This document shows, piece after piece, positions 1 through 12,200 of a stretch of DNA of 64,000 nucleotides (within the stretch, counting starts at the first letter, position 1; each line of letters starts with the position of its first letter). The position numbers were made by a program, and so were the translations under genes. This stretch comes from Balanoglossus misakiensis (Eukaryota > Animalia > Hemichordata). The stretch lies in NCBI GenBank assembly GCA_040954595.2, contig CM082583.2:2737060-2801059 (forward strand), in the 5' to 3' direction. The notes under the pieces are model-generated. The model had not been told where the DNA came from. It searched no databases and saw only the letters and a list, made by a program, of their open reading frames with translations.

Positions 1-1
1 C

Positions 2-3000
2 ATTGTGTCATATATCTCTAAGGCAGAGAGAGAAATGGGTTTACTGCTGGAAAATGCACAGAGAGAAGCTAACAAAGAAGGAAATATGGATGCGAAATCT
101 GCATTGAAACAGTTGGGCAGTGTTTATCTGCACAACAGAGAAGTGAGTGCCCAGGAGGCTGTATATAGACTGTGTGGATTGAAACTGAAACAATCATCTC
201 GAAAAGTCCAGTTTATTCCAACTGGAGAAACCCCTATCAAAATGAGTTTGCCATTGAGTGTAATACGTAGCAAAATGACAGGAGATGATTTGAATGAAAA
301 TGATATCTGGTATAATAGCATTGTAGACAGATACAAGAACCGACCAAATGGAGACGAGTTTGACGACATGTGTCTTGCGACATTTTGTTCAGAATACCGA
401 ATAGTGTCAAAATCAGAAGTGACAAATACCAGCACTGAGAAACGTGCAAATCCAATAGTCAAGTTGAAAAATGGTGCAGGTTACATGCAAAAAAGATCTC
501 GAACTGATCCAGCTGTCATTAGATATGCAAGATTTTCTGTGACTAAATATCCAGAAAAGTATTACCGCACTATGTTAGAACTCTTCTTGCCACACTGGGT
601 TGACTCCCAATTGAAACCAAATGGGTTTGAAACATATGCAAATTTCTATTCTGTGGGTGCAGTGAAGTGTGGATCTGCCTCGTTACAAACAGTGAAATTG
701 ATAGTAGATGCCAATAAAGCAATGTTTGAGAAAGAGGCTGATGCCGTTGATTTAGCTGAAGAGCTCCTTGAAGGAAGTGGTCCTCTGGAGGACGCATGGG
801 CCCAAATTTGTCCAGAAAGTGAAATAGACAGATTAGAATGCATTGATGAACGTCAACAATTGCCTGATGATGATGATGTAAATGAGGAGGATATTCCAGA
901 TTTGGTGCACAAACCAAAAGGTGATTGCCACATAGAAATTTCTACCTCTGAAGTAAGGAGGGCTGATGTTCAAGCAATGTGTAGGTCACTGAACAGGAAA
1001 CAGGCAGAAGTCTTTTATAGTGTCAGACAGTGGTGTCTGGATAAAAGCAATGGCAAGAACCCAGAATCTTTGTATTTGTTTGTCAGTGGTGGTGCTGGCA
1101 CAGGGAAAAGCCATTTAATTAAAACCATATATCATGAAGCCAAACGAATTCTATCTCGTGTCATGGCTAATCCAGATGAAAAATCAATACAGGTAACAGC
1201 CTCAACTGGAGTTGCAGCATTTAATGTAGGAGGTGAAACTCTCCATCATGCATTTTCAATAGCAGTTGACTCAAAACTACCATATGAGCCACTACGTGAA
1301 GAAAAGCTCAACACTCTTCGTTCCAAATTGGGAAATCTTCAGATTTTAATAATAGATGAGATTTCTATGGTAGACAGAAAATTGTTTCACTATGTACATG
1401 GACGATTACGTCAAATCAAACAAACACCAAGTGGTTCACCATTTGGAAATGTGTGTGTTATTGCTGTGGGCGACTTTTATCAGCTGCCACCTGTGAAAGC
1501 AAGTCCACTGTGTGTGGAAAATGATGCCATCAATATGTGGAATAATTTCAAAATTGTGGAACTCACTGAAATAATGAGACAAAAGGACTGTGCATTTGCA
1601 GAAGCACTAAATAGAGTAAGAATTCACAAGAAAGGGCACACACTGAGTGCAAATGATCTAGAAATGTTTAATAACCGTGTGACTGGTGAAGCATCTGAGG
1701 CAATTCACATCTTTGCTACAAATGCAGAAGTTAACAATTGCAATATCACAATGCTGCATTCCTTGTGCTCTGATCCTGTATGTATTGAAGCACAAGATTT
1801 TAGTAAGAATACTAAAACTGGGAAACTCCAAAGAAAGGAAGGCCATCATGCCAAGGTCTTTAGGACCACTTTACCAAAGACTCTCACTCTAGCTAAGGGT
1901 GCACGAGTGCAACTGACACAAAATATTGATGTCTCTGATGGATTGGTGAATGGTGTATTTGGATCAGTATGTCACATTGATATGAAACCAAATGAAAGCT
2001 TTCCAACTGCTGTTTATGTTGTATTTGACAATGTGAAAGTTGGCCAAGGATTGCGAAACAAGAACCGTGTAAATATATCTGACCTTCCTGAAAACACCAC
2101 CCGTATAGAACCTCAGGAAATGTCTGTTGCAAGTAATGGTGGTATTAGAAGACAGTTTCCTCTGAAACTAGCATGGGCATGTACAGTGCATAAGGTACAG
2201 GGATTAACAGTTGAAAAAGCTGTCGTTAGTTTGAAGAAAATTTTTGCACCAGGACAGGCATATGTTGCACTGAGTCGAGTGACATCATTAGATGGTCTAA
2301 TAATTGATGAATTTAAGACATCTTCTATATATTGCAATGAAAAGGTTCAAGCAGCCTTGGAAATGATGCCAAAGTTTGTTGATGGGTGCTTTGAGCAATT
2401 ACAGCCAAACCATAGATGTTCTTTTATACTTCATAATGTTGAAGGTCTTCTGAACCACATGGAAGATATTCGTAGTGGCAAGGAATACTTGGAGTCAGAC
2501 TTCATTTGTTTGACAGAAACATGGCTAACTGAGAACCAAACAAAATGTGATGTAATAGTGAATGGATTTGAATTCAGTCACAAGCCTCGCTCAAAATCGT
2601 ATAACAACTTTGATATGAATACTTCACAGTTGCAGTTGCAACATCATGGTGGTGTTGGTGTCTACTACAAAGTAGGCCACTCTGTTGAAATTTTGGATTT
2701 GTCTGTTAGTAACTTGGAATATGTTACATTTTATGTCAAAGATATCAATACGGTGGTAGCAGTAATTTACAGACCATCATCCTACAAAGCAGTCGCATTC
2801 AGGAAAAACCTACTTCTGTTGGTGAAGGAAATGTCAAAGTATTCAGGTGCTGCAGTGATCATGGGTGATTTCAATGACAATATTTTAATCTCTTCATCTC
2901 TTGTGAAAATCATGCAAGACCATGGTTTCAAGCAACACGTGAGCAAACCAACCACAGAAGCTGGTACATTGATTGACCATGTGTATGTGAAAGGAACAGG

Positions 3001-3070
3001 AAAGGTGGAAGTTGACATTGTGCCAAAGTACTTCAGTTTTCATGAAGCCATCAGCATCAAAATCTATTGA
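2..3070 (+). CDS. Helentron/Helitron2 Rep-helicase-endonuclease transposase, C-terminal ~1020 aa (5' part outside window)
   Basis: Frame is open from base 2. Contains the Helitron post-Rep motif SAQEAVYRL and PIF1/SF1B helicase motifs GGAGTGKS, IIDEISMV, GDFYQLPPV, QFPLKLAWACTVHKVQGLT, GQAYVALSRV. C-terminal AP-endonuclease (EEP) motifs HNVEGL, LTETWL, GGVGVY, IYRPS, MGDFN, TLIDHVY, FHEAI. The helicase+EN fusion is the Helentron hallmark. Confidence 0.95.
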   Translation: MVSYISKAEREMGLLLENAQREANKEGNMDAKSALKQLGSVYLHNREVSAQEAVYRLCGLKLKQSSRKVQFIPTGETPIKMSLPLSVIRSKMTGDDLNENDIWYNSIVDRYKNRPNGDEFDDMCLATFCSEYRIVSKSEVTNTSTEKRANPIVKLKNGAGYMQKRSRTDPAVIRYARFSVTKYPEKYYRTMLELFLPHWVDSQLKPNGFETYANFYSVGAVKCGSASLQTVKLIVDANKAMFEKEADAVDLAEELLEGSGPLEDAWAQICPESEIDRLECIDERQQLPDDDDVNEEDIPDLVHKPKGDCHIEISTSEVRRADVQAMCRSLNRKQAEVFYSVRQWCLDKSNGKNPESLYLFVSGGAGTGKSHLIKTIYHEAKRILSRVMANPDEKSIQVTASTGVAAFNVGGETLHHAFSIAVDSKLPYEPLREEKLNTLRSKLGNLQILIIDEISMVDRKLFHYVHGRLRQIKQTPSGSPFGNVCVIAVGDFYQLPPVKASPLCVENDAINMWNNFKIVELTEIMRQKDCAFAEALNRVRIHKKGHTLSANDLEMFNNRVTGEASEAIHIFATNAEVNNCNITMLHSLCSDPVCIEAQDFSKNTKTGKLQRKEGHHAKVFRTTLPKTLTLAKGARVQLTQNIDVSDGLVNGVFGSVCHIDMKPNESFPTAVYVVFDNVKVGQGLRNKNRVNISDLPENTTRIEPQEMSVASNGGIRRQFPLKLAWACTVHKVQGLTVEKAVVSLKKIFAPGQAYVALSRVTSLDGLIIDEFKTSSIYCNEKVQAALEMMPKFVDGCFEQLQPNHRCSFILHNVEGLLNHMEDIRSGKEYLESDFICLTETWLTENQTKCDVIVNGFEFSHKPRSKSYNNFDMNTSQLQLQHHGGVGVYYKVGHSVEILDLSVSNLEYVTFYVKDINTVVAVIYRPSSYKAVAFRKNLLLLVKEMSKYSGAAVIMGDFNDNILISSSLVKIMQDHGFKQHVSKPTTEAGTLIDHVYVKGTGKVEVDIVPKYFSFHEAISIKIY

Positions 3071-3071
3071 A

Positions 3072-3600
3072 AGACATCAATGTTTGACCACAACATGGTT
3101 ATCTGAGAAGCATGCAAATATAATGTGAGGTACCAGTGAATGGATTTGAACTCAATCACCAGCCGCTGTCAAAATCATACCATTATTTTGAAATTAATCT
3201 GCAAAAGATATGACTGTGTTGAAATTATGCATTTGCCTGTTTGTAACTTGGAAAATATTACATTTATGTCCAAGATATCAATACGGAGGTAGCAGTAATT
3301 TAAGACCTGCATCATAATACAAAGCAGTGGTGTTCTATAAAACCTAACTTCTGTTGATGAAAGGACATGTCAATTCATGTATCCAGGTGTTGCAGTGATC
3401 ATCAGTGATATGAATGAAAATATTTTCATTATCTCTTATCAAGGTAGTGCAAGACCTTTCAAGCAACATGTGAGCAATCAAACTTAACAGAAGCTGGTAC
3501 ATTGATTGACAATGTGTAATGTGAAAAGAACAGGAAATATTGTTGAAATACTGCCAAAGTACTTCAGTTTTCATGAAGCCATCAGCATTAACAACATTGA
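3072..3600 (+). pseudogene. Degenerate tandem duplicate of the endonuclease-coding segment (~2497-3070)
   Basis: Matching blocks: GTGAATGGATTTGAA (3136 vs 2558), GTAACTTGGAA, AGAAGCTGGTACATTGATTGAC, and GCCAAAGTACTTCAGTTTTCATGAAGCCATCAGCAT (3553 vs 3022). Indels and stops are present. Confidence 0.9.
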
Positions 3601-5732
3601 GGCATTATGCATATAGTAATTAAAACCCGTGTTACATACAACTGGTAAGTGGGGGGGATAATGGGGTTTGAGACTTACGGGTCCCCATTTGGAGATTGTT
3701 GGGCAGGGGGGGGGGGGGGTTGTAAACATTTATTATTTACTCTTAGGTTACCCTGGTGCTAATTGTCACATTTGATATCAAGCTGTTACTGTTTTAGTGT
3801 GATGGGAGACTAGTGTATTTGATTGTCTATCATTTCTGAGCCATTTGTTTGACACGGCTGCAGTGATTTCATTGAAATGACATGGTTCACATGCAATTAG
3901 TTACATGGATCATGATATTATCATGTTGTAGGTGATTGTGCACACATACCTGCTTATTGATGTATTTTAAAGCACAACAATTTATAACATGCTACAAAAG
4001 TAGAAGTCAGTGGTGGCCATGCATTTATGATTTCTGATGCATGTGACTTTTACGTAAATATACCAGAAATATTGTGTTCACACTGGATGTGACCTATTGT
4101 TGTGATGTTATCCATTATATGCACCTGACTGTTATTTCTTGATGATTTTATTTATTCCAGAACTGGCATTTGTGATATGTATTTCAACTGATTCATCAAA
4201 ACTCACACAGTGTTAGTCCTACGTTAATGTATGTCATAATTCCAGCCTGGCACTTTGTCACTATTATTAGCAGACATGCTATCAAAAGTGTGAGTAATAA
4301 CAGTCCCAATAGCCTGCTTACAGTGTTCTCCAGAGTATTTTGGGAAAGCATGGTTGTGAATTTACATAACAATATAATCAATTGTTATGTTAACTAAGTT
4401 ATACAATGTATTATTATGTAGCCTTAATCAGTGGTTCACACTATGTTTTATGTAATACCTATCAGTAAGGCTTATTTAAAGAAACCATTGTAAGTGTAAA
4501 GTTAATAATGACAAATGTGCCAAAATTGTAAATATTCAAGGTTGTATGAAACATTTCAGTCATTTACCAAGGCATTTTTATTCATTTGACAATGAAATGG
4601 AAATTGGTAAATGGAAATTCCATAAGAATAAGGTTCATTTAAGAATAATTACACAACTTAACATTAAAAATGGATTTTTAATTACGCTGTATGTAAAGTA
4701 CCATTAGGGGAAATGTGTTAAACACATAGTTTGATTTACAATTGGTAAAACATTAGCACCAGGGTAGCCTAGATTTATAAATGTTTTAATCCTTTTTGTA
4801 AATTTGTGAAATCTATTTTTATCCATTTTCCTTATGTTATCTACTCAATGACCACATACATTGTATAATACCACTGTCTACCTTTGTGTCTGTCAGGCTG
4901 TCATGAATGGCTTAAGTTAATACACTGAATTAAATTCATTATATAGACATTTGTGAAGCAATTTTAACAACTTGTTTGAAGTATAGTACAGTCTTTCAGT
5001 GCAGGATGGTTGCTTTCAGTTTCACAAAACAATACAAATTGCCCATCAAAGACACAATTTTTGGGGATACATGCACCAAGACAAACATCGTGGAATGGCA
5101 ATCCCAAAATTAAACATATATATCTGGTATTCACACTTGTATTATGTGAATCATCATTGCTATTTATGTAGAACAACATGCTGTAACTCCAGTAGCAATA
5201 TAACTGAACCACTGCGTATAAAGCAAAGAGTGTACACTGAAATGTCACTATTGCTTTAATCCCAAACATTTAGAATGAGCATCATGGTTATTTACAGGTC
5301 CAAAGTAACCCACAAACACTGACACTATCAGGTTTGCATCACAGATGTGTCATTCCCAATAATTTATTAGTTATTTAATTTTTATGTCATTTTATTATAT
5401 TTGTTAGTATAGAGAATCTGATATACACCACAGTACATGAAGGAATTTTACTTTCCTGAATTTTGTTCCCTATTAGTACTACATGTACACTATAAATACG
5501 TGAACTATTTGAAAAATTTCACAGCACTGATTGCAAGAACTTATGTAACTGTATTCATAGCAAAATTTAATATTTAACTATATTTATTCTTGAATTATTG
5601 ACATCAGTTTTGTGTTATTCCATATGCTATTATTGTCAAGAGGTGATTTATATCCTCATGTGACCTGCACTGACCCATACATATACTCAGAATGCCAAAT
5701 GTATTGGGTGTGTTCAACAGTTATGGCCTTAA

Positions 5733-6288
5733 AGGTCCCATGCCATGCCCTATACAACCACGCGTAAAATCACTATTTGGGTCTTGAAGTTAACGTATGT
5801 TACTATCTTGCAATGCGTTTTGCCCCTTGTGCTTAGATTTGTGGGCGTGTACCCCTAACCCAACTCAGTCGAGTTTTTTCGGATTTTCGAAGTTCAGTCG
5901 AAAGCTTATCTTGATGTGAACAAATAGTCTTTCACACCTTCGTAAATCCTCTGCCTGTAATGTGAGGCAAGGGCTTCCTTTGCTTTGAACACTGTTTATA
6001 TAGCTTGTCTTTGTCTGTGGACTTAATTACTCATGGACTGCTAATTACACTTTACTGTTAGCAGAATGGTACACTAGGACGTAGTGTACTTGTTTGTCCA
6101 TATGCAAATACCTTCGCCTGGCTCGAGTGCGAAGTGGCTCCCTGATCACAGACATGAAAAAAGGTGGCAAATTCCGGCATTCGTGCACATTTTTCGGAAC
6201 CGACACAATAGGCAATGCATAGACAGGTACCCTAGGTGAGCTTTTGACGTGGAAAAATGAAAACTTTCCAAAGCATGACATGGGACCT
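5733..6288. mobile_element. Kolobok-type non-autonomous DNA transposon (MITE)
   Basis: 16-bp TIRs AGGTCCCATGCCATGC / GCATGACATGGGACCT (15/16 match), TTAA on both sides (5729-5732, 6289-6292), AG...CT termini. Confidence 0.8.
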
Positions 6289-7299
6289 TTAACTTTCATG
6301 TCACACTATCCTGTTAGTAACTATTCAGATCTTAGAGGTTCTTTTTGTTAATGAACAGGGAGTGAACAATGGGTTATCTTAATGATAACCACACTCATAT
6401 TTATATCAGATTAAGATTGTTTTTCCAGAATATGTCACCTGTCATCACCAATCCATGAATTACTTGTTATAGTCTCAGAAGATGATTTTATAAGTTGATG
6501 ATTTTCCAGAAGGTCCACTATAGTGCACTGACATCAGTGTAATGATTACATAAGATTTAATGTGAGTTTGAATGACTGGGTTCTTCCCATTTGCATATTG
6601 ATATGTTCACACCTGGTATTTATTACTTAGGTGATGAGCTAGTAGTCTGCAAACAATAGAGATTTAAATACAGAGGTCAAGCAGGCCAATCAGTTATGGC
6701 TACCTTTATGTGGGATTTGTCAGTAGACTTTCACATCTCACTGGGAGTGCCTACAAGACAGAACTCTACTTGTTTTCTGTGTCACTCCAATATATTCACT
6801 ACTAGACGACCAGTTCAGCAATATGCAGTCCAGAAAAACTACGAACTGTTCACTCTTAAGCAAGTCCATTATACAGGGGATGCCACTTCTGCAACATTGC
6901 AATCTTTTGCAATTAAAGTCTTACACATTCACACATCGAGCTAATCCTATGCACCTCTCAACTCGGACTTCGCCTGGGACCAATTCTTTGGCATGCTTTG
7001 TGCACGGAATGTTTACAAGACAAGAGATATGGGACTGAATTTAGACAATATGTGATTTAGCTATGGTGTAGGTTTATTCTGCAATGTTGCTACTTGTATT
7101 GTTTGTCAATGAAATTATATTATTTGGTCTTTGACCAAAATGAACGTAATTCAATTCGTGTCAGTGTGGTCTTTTTTCTACGCCAATATTCTATTCTGGC
7201 CACTAATTTTGGTTAGGAATAAATTACATCACAATGTGTAATTTGACCCTTTTGTGACACATAGCTGTTGTATTTTTTAGGTACACAATGCAATTGATA

Positions 7300-9200
7300 A
7301 TATAAGTTGACCTGGAATGAGATATGCACATAATTACTTATGCAAAGTGATTAGGTGCTCCATCCCTCCAAATGCCAAGGCTCTATCTGCTTATAGGATG
7401 CTGAGATATGGGAAAAAGGGTCCAAGGTCCTCTGAGGGAAATAAATGTTGACCCTATACTGGTCCATGTCCAAGGAAAACCAAACCTGTAGCCCTATTGG
7501 TAAGCCAGGAATTGGATATTCATGAGCATAATTAATGAGATAATGTGTATGGTGTTCAATCCGTCCAAATACCAAGGCTCTGTCTGCTCTGGTTGCAGAG
7601 ATGTAGGGAAAGTAGATCAAAGGTCACCCGTGGTCACCTGAAATTCCGGCAAAATTGTGACCCTGTACTGTTCCATGTCCAACAAAAACCAAGCCTCTAG
7701 CCCGATCTGTTTGCCTTTAATTAGGTATGCACATAATTAATGAGTTAAGCAGTTGGGCTTTTTTATTTTGGTCCCTGTAGTGCTCACTGGCCAACACACA
7801 CTTGGCTGAAAAACAAAGCCGTAGCCCTATAGGTTAGCCTTGAATTAGATAAGCAGAAAAATGAAGTGTCAAAAGTAGGTTAAAGGTCATTGCCAAAATA
7901 CCGAAATATTTGGGTCATGTCCTTGCAGCGAAAGTACCTATGTCAATTCAGAACTGTGTTGCTTTTACAACAGGAGCTATAAGGCATATGCACTTATTAT
8001 TAGGTTCTTTACAAACTGGGTCAAAGGTCATGTGAAAATTGCCAACCAGCGAATGCCAAGGCTGTATCTGCTGTGGATACCAAGATATGGGAAAGTAGGT
8101 CAAAGGTCACCTGAGGTCACCCCAAATTTGGGCAAAAAAATCGGACCTCATACTAGTCTAGGTCCAACAAAAACCAGACCCCTAGCTCTATTGGTTCGCC
8201 TAGAATTAGGTATGTGCATAATTAATGAGATCTAGTGTAAGACTCCATATGTGCTCCATCGGCCCCCCCAAAAAGGCAGGACTCTAACTGCTGTGGATGC
8301 TGAGATATGGGGAAAGTAGATCAAAGGTCATCCAAGGTCACCAAAAATTTGGGCATAAAATTTTGACCCCAGAGTGGACCATGTCCAACTAAAACCAGAC
8401 CTCTAGCCCTATTGGTTAGCCTGGAATTAGATGTTTCAGAAATAGGTCAAGGGTCATTGCCAAAATTACCAAAATATTTGTGTCATGTCCTGGCAGCATT
8501 GGTACCCATGTCCACAAAATTCATGACTGTGGTGCTTTGACAAGAGGAGGTATGGGGAATATGCATATATAATTAGTTGTTTTAAAACTGGGTCAAAGGT
8601 CATGTGAAAATTGCCCCGAAAAATTGTGACAACTTCCGGTCATATGATGACTCATATCCAACAAAAGAATTTCCGTGCTGTCAACATTTTGGCTACAAAA
8701 CGGAATTTTCATTTTTCAATGGTTTTCCGAAAATCCAACATGGCCGCCATAATGATCGACCAATCACAGTGCGCTTCGCAAACGTGATAGACATAGGATA
8801 GGTGACCACATACCCCGAATCCCGTGACTCGGCAATCGCTGGTTCTGGAGAAGAAGATTTTTAAAGTTTTAAGTAGTTTTTCAGAAAAACAATTGTAGCA
8901 AAAAAACGGTATGTGTGACGTCATGATTTCAATTGGGTAAAATGATGGACAGAAGGTAGGCTACCTGCACACCAAATTTGAACTCGATCGGCCCAGTAGT
9001 TTTTGAGAAGGACTCGTTTAACGATTTTCAGGAAATCCAATATGGCCGCCAGGTCACGTGACTAATTAAATATTCACGAGCCACTGCACATCTACTCATT
9101 GGCCCCTATCACCCTACCAAGTTTCAGGCCCCTAGGTGCTGCCGTTTTCCAGATCTACCTGGCCGAATTTTGGAGAAGAAGAAGAAGAAGAATAAGAAGA
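7300..9200 (+). repeat. Subterminal region of the autonomous Helentron, diverged homologue of the HINE units
   Basis: Shares AGTAGGTCAAAGGTCA, CCATGTCCAAC, GGTTAGCC, CTGGAGAAGAAGATTTT and CCAATATGGCCGCCAGGTCACGTGACTAATTAA blocks with downstream units and ends in (GAA)n. Left boundary is approximate. Confidence 0.8.
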
Positions 9201-12200
9201 ATTAAAGCTGCAAGCAGCATTGTCCGGGCCCAAGCTCTATTATCTGATCAGATTATTAGATATGCACATAAATAATGAGTAGAAACATAATGCTGTGTTT
9301 TATCCCATGAAATATCAAGGTTATATCTATGTTTGGTGCTGATATAGTGTTAAGTAGGTCAAAGGTCATCTGAGGTCACCCAAAATTTGGGCAGAAAATT
9401 TTGACCCATAGTGGTCCATGTCCAACAAAAACCAGACCTCTAGCCCTTTTGGTTAGCCCGGAATTAGGTATGCACATAAATAATGAGTTAAGCAGGTGTC
9501 ACAGGTGACCCAAAACTTTGACTTTTCATTATGGCCCCATACCTCCAAACGCCAAGGCTGTATCTGCTGTGGATGTCGAGATATGTAAAAGTAGGTCAAA
9601 GGTCACCCGAGGTCACCCAACATTTGGGCAAAAATTTTTGACCCAATACTGGTCCATGTCCAACAGAAACCAAACCTCTAGGTCTATTGGTTCATCTGTA
9701 ATTAGGTATGCACATATTTAATGAGGTCAGCAGAGGTCAAAGGGGTCATGAAAAGTAGCGTAATTTTTTGATCACATACAAATCCACATACATCAAAAAC
9801 CAAAATGATAGCCCTATAGGTTAGCCTGGAATTAGATATGCAGAAAAAACGATGTGTCAAAAGTAGGTCAAAGGTCATTGCCAAAATTACCAAAATATTT
9901 GGGGTAGGTCCTGGCAGGGGTGATACCAATGTGCACAAAAATCAGAACTCTGGTACATTTAGAACATGTAGTATGAGCTATATATGCATATATGCATGTT
10001 CTTAAAAAAGTAGGTCAAAGGTCATGTGAAAATTGCCAAAAAATTTGCAACATATTCTAGTCATATGACGACTCATATCCACAAAAAGAATTTGTATGCT
10101 ATCTATTTTTAGACTAGAAAAATGATTTCTTAATTTTCACTGGTTTTTACAAAATCCAATATGGCCGCCATAATCTTCGACCAATCACAACGCTCTTCGC
10201 AAACTTGATAGACATCAGTTAGGTGATGTCATACCCTAAATCCCATGACTCGGTTATTGCCGGTTCTGGAGAAGAAGATTTTTGAAGATTTTACTGTACT
10301 TTTTGGAAAATCCAATATGGCGGCCAAAGTCATGTGACCGCTCAGGATTTTATTGTCAAACTTTGAAGGGCAGAGGACATGTGTACCATGCACCAAATTT
10401 GAACTTGATTGGCCCTGTGGTTTTTGAGAAGAAGCCATTTAAAGATTTTCAGAAAATCCAATATGGCCGCCAGGTCACGTGACTAATTAAATATTCACAA
10501 GCCACTGCACATCTACTCATTGACCTTGACCACTGTAGCAAGTTTGAGAAGTGTACCTGTAGCCGTTTCAGAGATCTAGGAGAGCAAAGATTGACATAAG
10601 AATAAAGAAAGAAAAACTCCAACGAAACCAATACGGGCCCAAGCCTGGCTTGGCTTGGGCCCGTAATTAAAGCTGCAAGCAGCATTGTCCGGGCCCAAGC
10701 TCTATTATCTGATCTGATTATTAGATATGCACATAATTAATGAGTTGAAACATAATGCTGTGTTTTATCCCCATGAAATATCAAGGTTATATCTATGTTT
10801 GTTGTTGATATAGTGTTAAGTAGGTCAAAGGTCACCCAGAGGTCACCCACAATTTGGGCAAAAAATTTTGACCAACAGTGGTCCATGTCCAACAAAAACC
10901 AGACCTCTAGCCCTTTTGGTTAGCCCGGAATTAGGTATGCACATAAATAATGCATAAAGCAGGTGTCACAGGTGACCCAAAACTTTGGCTTTTCATTATG
11001 GCCCCATACCTCCAAATGCCAAGGCTGTACCTGCTTTGGATGCCGATATATGCAAAAGTAGGTCAAAGGTCATCTGAGGTCATCCAAAATTTGGGCAGAA
11101 AATTTTGACCCATAGTGGTCCATGTCAAACAAAAACCAGACATCTAGCCCTTTTGGTTAGCCCGGAATTAGGTATGCACATAAATAATGAGTAAAGCAGG
11201 TGTCACAGGTGACTCAAAACTTTGGCTTTTCATTATGGCCCCATACCTCCAAACGCCAAGGCTGTATCTGGTGTGGATGTCAAGATATGCAAAAGTAGGT
11301 CAAAGGTCACCCGAGGTCACCCAACATTTGGGCAAAATATTTTGACCCCATACTGGTCCATGTATAACAAAAACAAAACCTCTAGGTCTATTGGTTCATC
11401 ATTAATTAGGTATGCGCATATTTAATGAGGTCACCAGAGGTCAAAGGGTCATGAAAAGTAGCAAAATTGTTTGATCACATACAAATCCACATACATCAAA
11501 AACCAAACTTATAGCCCCATTGGTTAGCCATGAATTAGATATGCAGAAAAATGATTCGTCAAAAGTAGGTCAAAGGTCATTGCCAAAATTACCAAAATAT
11601 TTATAGCTTATTCTTGTCATATGATGATTCATATCCATAAAAAGAATTTCTGTGCTATCAATTTTTAGGCTAGAAAAGGAATTTTTACTTTTTAATCGTT
11701 TTTCACAAAATCCAATATGGCCGCCATAATCTTCGACCAATCACATTCCCCTTCGCAAACTTCATAGACATCTGTTTAATGACCACACACACCAAATCTT
11801 GTGACTCAGTCATCGCCCGTTCTGGAGAAGAAGATTTTTGAAGTTTTACTATGGTTTTTCGAAAATCCAATATGGCCGCCATAATCTTCGACCAATCACA
11901 ATGATCTTCGCAAACTTGATAGACATCAGTTAGGTGACCACATACCCCAAACGGCGTGACTCGGTTATCGCCGGTTCTGGAGAAGAAGATTTTTGAAATT
12001 TTGACCAGATTTCAGAAAAACAACTGTAGCAAAAAAACTGCAACATTGACAGCAAAATATCCAATTACAAAAATGATGGGCAGAGGGTAGTCTACCTGCA
12101 CGCCAAATTTGAAGTTGATCTGACTTGTAGTTTCTGAGATCTGAGATTTGCATTTTTTCAGAAAATCCAAGATGGCCGCCAGGTCATGTGACTAATTAAA

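Noticed and set aside
3600-7250. Short ORFs, poly-G run (3706-3719) and possible captured gene fragments in the Helentron 3' region
   Set aside because: AT-rich with no recognisable protein motifs or convincing splice pattern by eye.
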